Assembly: GCF_009834535.1 (NCBI RefSeq)
Contig: NC_045697.1
Span: forward strand, 84,818,001 to 84,882,000
Length of the DNA: 64,000 nt
Direction of reading: 5' to 3'
Origin: Camelus ferus
Lineage: Eukaryota
Shown: in pieces, positions 39,597-52,662 of the stretch
Numbering within the stretch: the stretch's first letter is position 1
Layout: each line of letters starts with the position of its first letter
Translations under genes and position numbers: made by a program
The notes under the pieces: model-generated
What the model was told of the DNA's origin: nothing
The model's database searches: none
The model's input: the letters and a program-made list of their open reading frames with translations, nothing else

Positions 39597-40391
39597 TTAG
39601 ATCACTGCCTTATTATAGTTGACGTGCGAAAAAGGAGATAGCAGCTGTTTAGATGAAGTGAGAATTTAACTGGATTTGAACCCTGTTGAAGGCCAGACAA
39701 GTTTAGGCAAAAGCCCGCTAATAAACCGTCTTTCTATGATATTAAAACTTGTGAATGCATTCATGTCTTCTTGCAGAAACTGAAGTCCTAACAAAGTTCA
39801 TATTATAGCTCCAAATTGGGCTGGTTGACAATAATTCAAAATAAGTAAACAAAATTTCTTAATTAAGTTATAAAATGCAGGAGACATAACCTGAAATAGT
39901 TTATTAATTACCATAACAACAGAGGCAAGGGTAATTAGTATAAAGACAATACCATGTATCCTATTAAATAGACTATTTCTGTATTTTTTTCATTTGAGAT
40001 TTTCAGAGATGTTTACATCCAAAGAGTCAGAATAGTCTCCATATTTTCTTTCCAAACTTCTTTGAAGAGTTCAACATAAAGTTGTGTGTTACTTTTCAAT
40101 AATGTAGCAAAGATGGGAGCAAAAAATAAATTACAGAAAGTGGGTATTTAAATGGCTCCACTGAGAAGAACTGGAAAACTTTTCAAATATTTGCCTGAGG
40201 TCACACCATATCTGATTAAGTCAATGCTTTGTGTGTATAGCTTTGAGTTCTTATACCATTAGGAAACCTTTGAAATTGCATTCATAAAAATGGGAAATTT
40301 TAGATTTGGTGATTTCAATACAATTTAACAGAACTTGTTGGAAACTATATCAGCTACTAGCTTGAGGTAATACCAAATTTCAACAGTAGTT

Positions 40392-40934
40392 TGTTATCTC
40401 AAAGGGGGAAGGGATAAGACCCCAATTCTTGTCATACCCAAAATACAAGAATTCAGATGGGAGACAAAAACATTATATAGCAAAAGATTTTAAAGGTTTT
40501 ATTTAGCGAAGGGAAGGTACACCTATAAGAATAGGAGGCGGGCTGATCCAATGGAGGATAGCAATGGTCTTTGTCTGCCCCCTTTTCTTATACCCTCCCT
40601 TAGAGTTGGTCTCTTGATTGATTGGAATGCTTAGTCATGCCCAGCCCCTTTTGCTCATGTCCTTACCCGTGACACACACAGAAAAACCCATGGGGGGAGG
40701 GCGTAGACCACAATGCTAATTATATTACAGTGAGCATTGTGTCATGTCTGGTTAGGTCCTTGTCGCTACCAAGCAGTTGCGGCTGTCAGGTTTTCACTAG
40801 TTTTCTTGCTAACACTCACTTAGTGGAAGTAAAGCCCCTTTATGCTGAAGGCGGGCACACCACCATCTTCTGTACCATCCTCTATCTCCTCTATCTTATC
40901 TGCCTGATGCCCCCATGTATCTAAGTAACTAACA
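40392..40934 (-). mobile_element. Solo ERV1-like LTR (543 bp)
   Basis: tgtta...taaca terminal inverted ends; gtt/gttt flanks (imperfect TSD); minus-strand AATAAA near 40498 and TATAAGA near 40586. Confidence 0.75.
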
Positions 40935-41169
40935 GTTTGAACCACATTTCTTTAGATAACATTATATCTTTGCAAAGCTGGGTTTTGATAGTATATAGAA
41001 ACGAGTGTTGTGTGAAGATCTGTGTGAAACAGGAAATGACAGTGGTGAGGCCCAAACTGATTTCAAGATTTGAAAAGTTGCGTGGTGTCTTTGACAGGCA
41101 CACACCTCATGAGTAAGTAAGTAGTTGCAGTTAAGGATGTAATAAAAATAGTTTTTTCTTCTGATGTGT

Positions 41170-42545
41170 ATTACTTTCTATATACACTGAGAAACTCATC
41201 ACCCAAATCAAGATGACAAACATATCTAGCACTCCCAAAAGTTTCTCATGCCTTTTTGTAATTCCACCCTCCTGTACCTCCTCACCTTTCCACCCTCCTT
41301 GGCAACCACTGATCTGCTTTCTGTCACTGTAGATTAGTTTGCATTGTCTGCATGTTTATATAAATGGAATTACGTAGTGTGTGCCTCTTTTTGTTTTGTC
41401 ACATCATTCACTTAGCAAAATTATTTTGAGATTCAACCATATTGCATGTATCATTCGGTCATTTTAAAAATTACTAAGTAGTACTCTATTCTACAGATAG
41501 ATACAGATAGGTAAGCAATTGTACATTATTTATCCATTCACCTATTGATGAATTTTGGAGTTGCTTCCAGCTTGAGATTTTGGAAATAAATTTACAATGA
41601 CCATTCATGTACATATAGTCATCGCTTGTTATACGCAAAGAATTGGTTCTTGGGACGTCCCTCAGATACCAAAATTCTTGGGTTCAAGTCCTTTATATAA
41701 AATACTGTAGTATTTGCATATAACCTGTACATACTATATGATATACTTTACATCATCTCTAGATTACTTATAAAACCAAATACAAAGTAAATGCCATGTA
41801 AATTGTTACCTGCATGAGGGAAACTCAAATTTTGCTTTTTGGAACTTTCTGGAGTTTTTTGTTTGTTTGTTTGTTTTGAATATTTTTGATCTGTGGTTGT
41901 TTGAATCTGAGGGTGGGGGACCCATGGTTATGGAGGGCCTGCTGTATGCTTTCATTACTTTCACTAGATACCTAGGAGTGGAATGCTTTGTAGATGTATA
42001 ATTTTTAAGAGATTATCAAAGTATTTGCCAGAATGGTGTATCAATTCACATTCCTACCAGCAATATATGAGAATTCCTGGCTAACATTTTGTATGGGTTG
42101 TCTTTTTGAATTTTAGACATTTTAGTGTCTTTGCAGTAGTATCTCATTGTGGCTTTAATTTGCCTTTCCATTATGCCTAATGATGTATAGCATCTTTTTA
42201 TGTGCTTATGTCCCCTATCTGTATATCTTTTTTGGCAACGTGTATGTTCAAATCTTTTGCCCAGTTTTTTTGTTTACTTTCTCATTATTAAATTTTGATA
42301 GTTTAAATATATATTCTGGATATAAATCTCTTACTAGATATGTGATTTGCATGTATTTTCTCCTTCTCTGTGTTTTTCATTTTCATTCTTTTAATGCTAC
42401 CTTTTGAGTAACAGAAGTTCTTAATTTTGATGAAATCCAATTTATCAATTATTTTTATATATTTTACTTTTGGTGTTTTATTTAAGAAATCTTTGGTTAA
42501 CTGAAAATTACAAAGATTTTCTCCTGTATTTTCATTTAGAAATCA
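41170..42545 (-). mobile_element. L1MC-like element (3' part), interrupted by MER2B
   Basis: ggcaaccactgatctgctttctgtcactgtagattagtttgcatt; tacctaggagtggaatgct; gtatctcattgtggctttaatttgc. Confidence 0.85.
41616..41944. mobile_element. MER2/MER2B (TcMar-Tigger) non-autonomous DNA transposon
   Basis: TA flanks (41614-41615, 41945-41946); gtagtatttgcatataacct...catctctagattacttata; terminus atggagggcctgctg. Confidence 0.8.
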
Positions 42546-42945
42546 GCTGTCATACATAGCTAGGTCCAGAGGCTTAAATAATGTTACCAGGAAATTTTTT
42601 CTCATTCTTGTGACACTTTTCCTTATGTCTCGACCTTATTTTCTCCTTCTTAAAATGACTTTCTCATCTCAGTGCAGCCAGAAGACAGTGTTACAAATAG
42701 CCCCCTGTACATTGTCCTTCCATGCAGTGGCAGACTAAGCAGTATCTTTCCTAATGACTCCAGAAGAAAAATAGTTTGTTAAGTGCCTGCATTTAAATCA
42801 GTCCTCATGGCCAAAAGGTAGATGGTCTTTTGCCAGAACTGAGTGTCATGCCCACATCTAGGACTGGGTATGGGAAAATGAGTCTCAAAAAAAGACAGGT
42901 TCTAGAATACTGCTTCCAAACAACACTTCAAAAATGGCCACTGCG
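42545..42945 (-). mobile_element. Ancient MaLR LTR (MLT1J/K-like)
   Basis: aggtccagaggcttaaataatgttaccagg; gccagaactgagtgtcatgcccac. Confidence 0.5.
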
Positions 42946-43737
42946 TATGTACTTACCATTCCCTGCAATTTTTATAAGCATTTGTTTGGAGAGGGTAGAT
43001 GACTAGAAAGTCTGCTGTCATTTATTCTACTTTTTGATTTTGGTATAATGAGTCATATATTTGGCATTTTGTGGGTTAACTCCCAGGATGATAATTTCTG
43101 TGTATTAAGGTACCGATTTATAGTATCATCTGCAGAAATACATCATTTTTGGACCCTGTTCCTAAAATAAATATTCTTAGGAAAGAGAATTATATGGTGA
43201 GAGAAAAGGCTGACATAAAAATGCAAGATAAAGTAAATGTGGCCATGGATATACTGAGGAAATGATCAAACAGGAAAAATACTTGTGAGAAGTACTGCAC
43301 TATTTTGTTGATACTACATATAACTCCAAGAAATTACAACTACTGGTCTCAGACCAAAACATTAAAATAATGTTATATAATACTTTGAGTCTCTTCTGAT
43401 TTCTTAAGATAGAGATGGGATCGGTAACAAGATGTGACAGGAATAATGAGAATATAAATGAGGAATACTGGGCACTTTAGACAGTCATCACTGATTTCTC
43501 CATTTAGTCTGAAGAAAAATTTGCCTGTTTTTCTTTTCCTTTTTTTTTTTTTTTTTTTTTGGCAAGAGCATCACTTTTTGGGGGGGCACATTTGATCCTA
43601 TGGTTTATTAAATCATAAATCCTATAGTTCACATAAAAAGGATAACTGCCTTTTTATGGATACTGGAAAATTTTATGAAATTTATTTGCCAAATACTCTG
43701 AAAAGTTAGAACTTCTTCGAGAATGTTCATTTAGTTT

Positions 43738-44438
43738 TAGAGCTGTACTGACAAATATGGTAGCCACTAGCCAAATGTGGCTATTGACTTGAGAGTTTTT
43801 AAGTGTAAAATACACGCTAGATTTTTGAAGCCTTAGTATGAAATAAAATGTAAAATTGTTCATTAATACCTTCTTTACTGATTCCATATTGATACGATAT
43901 TTTGCACGTATTCTACATACACATATGTACATATATGTGTATGTATATATCTTAGTCTGTTCAGGCTGCGATTTAAAAGTACCATTGACTGGGTGGCTTA
44001 AACAACACTTATTTCTCACAGTGATGGAGGCTGGAAAGTCCAGGATCAAGATTCCAACAGATTCAGTGTCCAGTGAAGGCCTAAATCCTAGAGCGCTGTC
44101 TTCTCCCTGTGTCCTCACATGGTGCAAGCGGCAAAGGAGCTGGGATTTCTTTTAAAAGGGCTCTAATCTCATTCATGAAGATTCTGCTCTCATGACCTCA
44201 TTACCTCTCAAAGGCCCCACCTCATAATACCATCACATTGAGGATGAATTTTCAACATATGGATTTTGAAGGAACACAGACATTTAAACTAGAGCAGTAT
44301 GTATATATATGTGTGTTTGTGTGTGTGTGTGTGTGTGTGTATAGACACTAATTTCATCTGTTTCTTTTACATTTTTACAAAGTTATGGTTAAAATGACAT
44401 ATGTGGCTTATATTCCCTTTGGATAGTACAGCTTTAGA
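43738..44438. mobile_element. MER33-like hAT-Charlie element, interrupted by MLT1A
   Basis: tagagctgtactgacaaatatggtagccactagccaaatgtggctatt ... atatgtggcttatatt...ttggatagtacagctttaga terminal inverted ends. Confidence 0.75.
43948..44296 (-). mobile_element. MLT1A-type solo LTR
   Basis: tcttagtctgttcaggctgc...gactgggtggcttaaacaac...ggaggctggaaagtccaggatcaag; flanks gtata/gtatg. Confidence 0.85.
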
Positions 44439-45035
44439 ACACATGACATGCTTGAGTCATAAAGTACAAACTTCTTTATTAGTTCTTACATAGAAAGTCT
44501 TAAACAGATTCTAACATCATTATCTACCATGTTTTACATTATTTAAAGCTATAAATATAAAACCATGGTTGAAATTAACCAATGACAGAAGAAATGAGGT
44601 TTTAAAAATTGGCAATTTGTGTTTGACAATTTCCATTTTTTTCCTACATAAAAGAGAAGTGTATGGGATATCATTGTTCATATAGTTCTATGTATGAGTG
44701 CAACAATGAAGAAACATTCTTGTGGTTCTAGTGAGAACACTGTATTGTCACTCTCTTCTTAATATTTTATTCAATTTATTAAATGAGTAATAATTAAATA
44801 TTATTGTTTTAACAATTATGAGATGAGGTGATACAAGCTATACACATCATTTGTTGAGGGAAAAGCTCTAAAAGTTCAAGAGACTTCTCTTATTACTAGC
44901 TTTCCATGAATGACTTTGGGTGAATCATTCTACTTCTCTGAGTCTTAGTTTCTTTATCTGAAGCACATACTTTAGATGACTTCCAAGCTTCCTTTGGTAT
45001 TAGCATTCTATATTATACTTAAAAGAATTGTTCCT

Positions 45036-45521
45036 CTTTTTTATTTTTAAACTTTTTTTTGTTGAGTTATAGTCATTGTACAATGTTATGTCAAATTCCA
45101 GTGTAGAGTACAATTTTTCAGTTATACATGAACATACATATATTCATTGTCACATTTATTTTCGCTGTGAGCTACCACAAGATCTTGTATATATTTCCCT
45201 GTGCTATACAGTATAATCTTGTTTATCTATTCTACATAGGCCTGTCAGTATCTACAAATTTTGAACTCCCAGTCTGTCCCTTCCCTCCTCCCTCCTTCTT
45301 GGCAACCACAAGTTTGTATTCTATGTCAGTGAGTCTGTTTCTGTTCTGTATTTATGGACTTTTTTTTTTTTTAGATTCCACATATGAGCGATCTCATATG
45401 GTATTTTTCTTTCTCTTTCTGGCTTACTTCACTTATAATGACATTCTCCAGGAACATCCATGTTGCTGCAAATGGTGTTATGTTGTCATTTTTTATGGCT
45501 GAATAGTATTAAGAAGATGTG
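45036..45521 (-). mobile_element. Short lineage L1 3' insertion with a 5' micro-inversion
   Basis: Reverse complement of the L1 ORF2 end plus 3'UTR; TSD gaattgttcct (45025-45035, 45522-45532). Confidence 0.95.
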
Positions 45522-45559
45522 GAATTGTTCCTTTTTTTTCCCCCCTTCTTTACCTGGCC

Positions 45560-46320
45560 TTTCTTTGGAGGCAGTGATATGACCAAAGCCCCAGTCGGTA
45601 GCAAGGCCAAGGCACTGGGGCCAAGGAAATGTAGCAGCTGAAGAAGTTGCAGATGTGTGTGGTTAGGAGATTTGGTTCATGCAGGAGGAATGAGCAGGTA
45701 GGAACATCTGTTAAGGATATTGGGAGCTAAGTTCTCACTGTTGATGAAAGGATTTCAAATATGTAGAGGAAGAAAGCTAGAAAAGTATTGAATTGGAGCT
45801 GGAATTGACGTAAATTTATTTTAAAAAGATATAAATAGATATAGAAGTAGATATGGATGCATGTCCATGTGTACATATATTTATTTTCTAAATATGTCCA
45901 TTGAAAAGCCCTAAAATCAGTGACACTCATGGGCAATGAGAACATGGAGCACCAGACCTTTGTTTCTATATATCATACTCCACTAAAAAACCCAGGACTT
46001 GTTGCATAATTGATTGGTTCAAAGCTGGGACAGAGGGCTTGTTCTCTCCAAAACTCTCAAGGTCATGAAAGATAGGGAAGGATAAAGGAACTGTTTCAAA
46101 TTGAAGTGAGAAATCCTGGACCAGAATGTGTTAAAAAAAAATAAAAGATACATATTTGGGGAACAACTGGGAAAAATCTAATGAGATAATTACATATCTT
46201 TATATATGATTGATAGTGTGAGTATGGTGAGATAATAATTGTTGGGGAACTTAGGTGAAAGAAATACAAAAGTTTTTCGTACTCTTCTTGCAACTTTTCT
46301 GTAAATTTGAAATTAAATAA
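45560..46320 (+). mobile_element. Old L1MC/MD 3'UTR fragments
   Basis: gaaaagccctaaaatcagtgacactc...caatgag; tactcttcttgcaacttttctgtaaatttgaaatta. Confidence 0.7.
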
Positions 46321-46429
46321 GTTCTAGAAACTTGTCAACTTAAAATGGAATAGTAATATCAATAATAATGTTATTATTTGGTAGCCTGAATGAAAAATAT
46401 ATTTAGAGTTCTATATGGTAAAGCACTGG

Positions 46430-46740
46430 ACAGACTTAGTGAAGGCCTTAGGGACTGTAGGAAACTTGTGAGCTCTGAAGTGAGGATAGGATTCTGATAA
46501 CAAGCAGAGTAGGGAGAAAAGAAGGGCATTCCAGGTCAGAGAAATGGTAAGAACAAAGGATTTGGGATGAAAATGAGCACGGTGTGCTTGACTAATAATG
46601 ATAAATAGACACAATTGGCTGGATGGAAGAAAAGTGTGGAGAAATAGTGGGAGATGGATGGAAATTATGGAAGGAGTACCGAGTATGGATGGGACATCAG
46701 TATAAGGCAGAGCAAATTAGGGTTTGATTTTAGTTTCGAA
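46430..46740 (-). mobile_element. L2 fragment
   Basis: gtgagctctgaagtgaggatagg...aagggcattccaggtcagagaaatgg. Confidence 0.6.
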
Positions 46741-47869
46741 AGAATTTACAGACAAAAATATCAAGCAAAGAAGAAAAGAAAATGTTGATTTTGTTTTTTA
46801 CTGTTTTTTTTTTTAAGAACTTTACCTAAGAAAATGTATCAAGAACTCAAACTTTATCATTGGCTTAACGTTACTCTAAGAAAACCTCATTGTTTTGGGG
46901 GACCTACATTCATTCACTCGGCAATATGTATTACCTATTTACTATAGTTCCTTGAACACTTTCAAACACTCTCTCAAGTAAGATCTTTGCACTGCTCTTC
47001 TCTTGCAAGAAGCCTCCTTCCTCTAGATGATCATTTTATTTTATTTATTTTAATATTAAAGAAAAAGTCTTGGATTTGAATTTTCGAACCCTTGTTTAAG
47101 AATACTTAACTTTTTTCATAATACAAAGTTTTTTGCCAATATTACTTGAAGATGATCCTGAAAAAATGGCAAAGGCTTTGTCTTGTGTTTTATTTAAAAA
47201 GTGTTTATTACCTATCCCTTCTCTTCCTCACCACCCCTCCTCAAAAGCAGAAACTTCCCCTGGATGAGGGTGAAGTCTGATACGACAGATCTTGGCTGAT
47301 GTCTGAGCAATAGAAAACCATTTACTCATGGGAAATTCATTTATGAAAATTGTATTTACCTATAAATTTTTCCATTTTTATTGGCTTATAATTTTGCATA
47401 TAATTATTTCAAGAACATAGAGTCTTAGATACGTTATGAAGTAACAACTCAGACTTTGATTTTTTATTTTTGTTGTTACAAATAGCTAAAACTTGTTTTG
47501 GTAGATTAACTGTTCCTTTTATCATTGATTTGTGAAGCCATTGTCATCTCCTAATACAGTATTATATACACCATTTTTTTCTGGATGATTCTTTTCCACT
47601 GGTCTATCTCACACATCTTATATCATTATCACAATATGTGCTGATAAAGCTTTATAATGCATTTTCATTTCTAAGCACATAAATTTCTTTCATTATTGTT
47701 CTTTTTTGTAGATATTCTCAACTCATTTGTTTACCCAAAAGAACTTTGGAATCAATCTCTCAAGTACCAGTAAAAAAAAAAAGACAGATTTTAATGGAAA
47801 TTGCATTTTGTTATAAATTAACATAGAAAGAACGAAAATAAAATCTGTATTTTTTATGTCATTTTACCA

Positions 47870-48900
47870 TGCAGGAATTCCAAAGGAAAGCACTTACATG
47901 AAGCCTGGAAGAGGGGTCGGGTGGATGCTTTCTTTCTGTGATGGTGATGGTTGATGGACAGGTTCTGGCAGACACAAGGTTTTCTGAGGCAAGACTGCAC
48001 ATGCCACTCTCTGGTGGGATGGGCAGCAGTGATAACACTAGTTTCCAGCTATTTCCTGACTTCAGAATAACAGTAACAGTTCTGTTTTTTGGATAGTAGT
48101 TTGCATGGCATGCTCTTGTAGTCTGATGATAATCTCATGACTTCCACTCTTCCATTAATTCTTGTAAAATTGTAAGTACCCAATTGCCCTTTTCGTGTGA
48201 AATACCTAAACTCATTTCTCTTTCCTGCTTTGAAACCTAGTCCCATAATCAGATTTACAAAGTTTTGAATATGGATTATTATCTCACCGGATCGGGCTTA
48301 AAGGCAACAATAACCTCATCGCCAGTGGAAAATGAGATATTGGTGGTCAATTAAATAAGTAGAAAACTTATCTATTAAGGGATTACTTGAAGTTGTCTGG
48401 AAGGCAGGGGCTGTTTAAGGCTTGCCTTTGACACATTATATACCTGCTGTCATAAACCATTGTGATGGGACTAAGGAATGTCTACCTTTGTGGATGAGTA
48501 GATGATTCCAGAAGTAATGAGGAACTTAAAGAGAAAAAATGTTCTAAATTTTTAGTTTTGACCTTATGGCGTGGTCTGAGGACACAAGATCTTCTATGAC
48601 TTTTCTAAGAATCTCTTCTCTTGTAAGCTCAGAGTTGATGTAGCTAAAAACAAGACAGAGTCTGGTCTTGCAGTTTGCCTGTTACTAACAAGCGTTGGAT
48701 TCATAGCTTCATCAGCTCTCTGTGGAAGTCCCTATATCATCTGTCCTAACTGTTCACTTTCAGTCCTTGCTGTCACATTATAGGAATTTTGATTGCAGAA
48801 TGGATGGATGTAGAAAGAAACAGACTTCAGGAGATGTTAGAAATATTGTTACATTGGGTGGTTGTAGAAAGGAGTATACTCATGGGAAATGTTAGAGGTA
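47870..48900 (+). mobile_element. Ancient ERVL-type LTR plus start of internal sequence
   Basis: LTR-like end (cttgtaaaattgtaagtacccaatt...cctagtcccataa) followed by ERVL-like leader/gag text (aaaggcaacaataacctcatcgccagtggaaaatgag). Confidence 0.4.
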
Positions 48901-49239
48901 ACGTTATGTGGCTTTGGAAACTTCAGAAAGCACATACCCCTATAAAATGTGGAAAGGGATAGTGGTAGAGACTGCCTTAAAGCTTGCTAGGACTGAGCCT
49001 TGGGTGTCTTAGTTAAGGGTGTTCCCTGAGGGATGAGTGACAAGTTCTGTTGCCAAACCCCACCCGTGATAAGATAAAATCCGTATTACAATATAGAAGA
49101 TTTTAGATTGTTAAATTCGGTTTCTCTTACAGTTAGAACTTTGAATCTCTATGCTTTCATGAATGTTTCCATGAAAAGGTAGAAATATTATATATTAACT
49201 ATACACACATATACATGTCATATATTTAAAAAAAGCAAA

Positions 49240-49470
49240 GATCAAATTTTAATTCTAGTTTTAGATAATTTGCACCCTAGTTCTGCTGGTTCTTCCTTTA
49301 ACTATTTTTGAAATGCTGGGAAGTTCTCTTAACCTCTTTGAATCTCTTGGAATCATCAGTAAAATGGGATGAATAGTACATAAGGTGTTTCAGAAGGTTG
49401 TTGTGAGGCTTAAATAAGAGGATGCACTTGAATTTTGTGCTTTGTAAATTGGAGAATGCTGTAGAGATAC
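49240..49470 (+). mobile_element. MIR SINE
   Basis: ctgggaagttctcttaacctctttgaatctc...agtaaaatggg...ggttgttgtgaggcttaaataag. Confidence 0.7.
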
Positions 49471-52146
49471 TTCTTTTTCATCCTTCTTGGATTCCCACAT
49501 CAAAAATTTCTTGAGGGAGGGATTGTGGCTTATTCACTTTTAAGTCCTCCCCAATATCAAACATTGTGTATTGCATGTTAACAGTTACTTATTTGTTGTT
49601 AAGACAAAGTTGCATTGAGAACGAAATATTAAAGCACAGTATAGGATTTTCGTGAACTGGGAACAGCTCTCCACTCACTGACTCCCTCTCTATTTACTGT
49701 GTTTTGCAGAAGCTAAGTAATTAAAGAGACTTTAGTGATTCCAAGGCAGTAACTCTTCATGCTGAAACCTGAAGTTAGCCTTTGAGGCTGGTGCTGTTCT
49801 ACACATCCTCAGTAATTAATTCTACCCCTCCCTTGAATTCCCACCTCGCAATATCATGCCTCTCAACATCAGCCAGGCATTACCAACATCTCTGCCACCT
49901 TCCTAAGAGTATATCTTTGCCCAATCACAAAACTGTGCAACAAATGCAAGGAATCTGTAGTAGGCCCAGTGTTTCCCATAGACCTTCTTTTCAGGATGTG
50001 TCCAGGTACTGCAAGAAACAAAAGGGAAAGTAAAACTTTTGGGGAGTTGAATGTGAACTATTAATAACAATATTCCACTTGAAAATGGGGAGCCAGGCTC
50101 ACAAGTATATATCATATTGTACTGGAAGAGGACATCTTGTTCTCTGATTCTATTTTGTTCACCTTCCAAAAGCATTATATTTTTTATCTGATTTGATTAG
50201 AAAGTGTGCAACTCACTTCAGTGAAATGATTTTGACAATTAAAGAGCTCTAGAAAGCAAGCTGTTATCAGGTAGTATGCATTATTTAACCTTGGGTGGTA
50301 CATGAACCTAGATGCCACAAGTTTTAAGAATCCAGCTTCAGTAATTCCAGACAATTTTCTTATTTAGTTAATTAATTCATTTTGGCAAGTTTGCAACTCA
50401 TTTGCAAAATGCATTAGTTTCTTTGGTATTTTTACAAAATAGGGTTGAATTTTATAGTCATAAAGTATGAGCCTATAGAAGGAGTCTGTTTCCGATTCGT
50501 TCTAACTCGTGGCGTATCAGAAAGCTGTTCCTAAGATATCAGGGCAACATACAGGGAACAGTTATCCTGTATTTAGGTAGAAGGTGAACAAGAAATTGCT
50601 TTGGTGAGTTCAGATGATTTCTAATTTGTCTTCTTTGGTCTGGTTTATTTAAAGATACCCTGGGTGTAGAGAAGCTGTTTGGATTTGATGAGTGCAAGAG
50701 TGTGAGGATGTGATTGTGTGTGCATGTTTGTGTAGTGGGGAAGCTGGAGATAAAAGTCAGAGTCCCAGTGCAAAACTGTTGATGTCACAAAAGGTTATGA
50801 AAAACTCATCTGTTTTGATGTTAGTGAATGTGCACTGTATACATAGGTCTGCTTTCTCAGGTTGCTACAGGCCATTTAGACTTTTCCGATTTAGTTGTTT
50901 CTAAAGTGATCCTCCACTTTTCGTCCACTGTGGGAAATTGTAATTTATTAGTTACTGTTGTACTTCTTGAGCTCATCTATATAAGAAATGCTTATTTCAT
51001 TTCATAAGAGATTGCAGCTTAAGTATGTCAAGAATAATCTTCCTCCTCCTTAACATGTTCATGTCTATGTCTGTTATTTGCATGAAGTAGTGACTCAAAC
51101 ATTTTTCAAAAATTAAAATTTTTGGATTTCTCTTAAAGTTCACTTATTTTAGGGGTAAAGGGCAATCCAGTTTCAATAAGGACCAAACTAGAACTAGTAA
51201 AAATTGGTCAGAACTGTCAGATAATTTCTTAAATAAATTTATCATCAATCCTGAGATAATTCTGAATCCCAAATTTCACTCACAGAAAAAAATTACAATG
51301 TGGAATTGTTCTTGTATTTGGAAGGAAAGAGGAGAAATTCTTTGACCTATTTAGGGACCTGAAGTCTGTAAAATTTACTGAAGAATTTTACATAGAAGGT
51401 AAATCTTTCCATAGCATTTAGTTATATGCACAATAAATTATACCCGCCGCTAGCATCTATAATCAATCTTTTCTCTCTCCTTTTAAAAAATTCTGTTTAT
51501 TTCTTTTTTAAAAACAATAGTGATCATGGTTTCTGAGTCATAGCCAAAACTAGAACAAAATATTTGAAATCTGAAAGTTTTAAATTTTTTACTCCACATG
51601 TTACTTTAGTCTTGTACAATTACCACTACATAGAACTGAAAGAAGCATATAAAATTTGCAAGCATAGTTACATCTAAAAATATTTTAGCTTACTGTATTT
51701 CCCCTAAAAACACTGTAATGTTTTTGAATCTTTATAAAAAGGACTCAGTCAAAAACATTTTGTATCTTTATTTCAGTCAATGATATTCAGCCATACAAAT
51801 ACAGGTTTAATGTTAAGACAGGTTGTTTTATATATTTGAATGGATGTAATACACAAGAAAATGAAAAATGAATATTGGCTCTGAGCATTCTCACTGTTAT
51901 ACATTTCTTCCACTACATTTTGCTTTTTATATAAGTAAGATGTTTGTTCGTAGTAATAAGTATGATATAATGTCAAGTACTCAACAATTCACTTTCTATA
52001 CAAATATATAAAAAACCACCTGCCTCTACAGATAAGATTGGCTTTGGAAAATGAGTCTTAGATGTGTGTTAGAATAAAAAAGCTCAGTAATTAGAGTAAG
52101 TAGACTAGACACTCCTACATTTGAAGGATTATCTTAAGTTACTTGA

Positions 52147-52662
52147 CGTGATGGTGAATTGTATTTGTCAACTTGACTGCACCAGCGGGTACCCAGATTG
52201 CACATTATTTCCAGTATGTCTGTTAGACTGGTTTTGGATAAGATTAGCATTAGAATAAGTGGACTTAGTAGATTGCACCCCCTCCAATGTGAGTGGGCAT
52301 CGTTCAATCCGTTGAGGGCCTGACTAGAACAAAAGGTGGAGAAAGGAGAAATTTCACCCCTTTTTTTCCCTGCCTGCCTGCTTGATGGGATTTAAGTCTT
52401 GAGGCTCCTGCCTTTGGACTGAGATTTACACCATCAGCTCCCCTGGTTCTCAGGCTTTTGGACTTGGACTGGAATGACACCACTGGGTTTCCTGTATCTG
52501 TAGCTTGAAGACAGCAGGTCATGGGACTTTTCGGCTTTCATAATTTCATAAACCAATTCCTCATAATAAAGCTCCATATATAAATTTACATAGATAGATA
52601 CAGATGTAAAGATATGGATAGATTCTCCTATTGATTCTGTTTCTCTGAAGAACCCTAACATA
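52147..52662 (+). mobile_element. MLT2 (MLT2B/D-like) solo LTR
   Basis: gtgatggtgaattgtatttgtcaacttgact...caatccgttgagggcctgactagaacaaaagg...tctgtttctctgaagaacccta; TSD cttga (52142-52146, 52663-52667). Confidence 0.9.

Noticed and set aside
43654..44155. 157-aa and 99-aa ORFs
   Set aside because: Entirely within MER33, MLT1A and TA/TG low-complexity sequence
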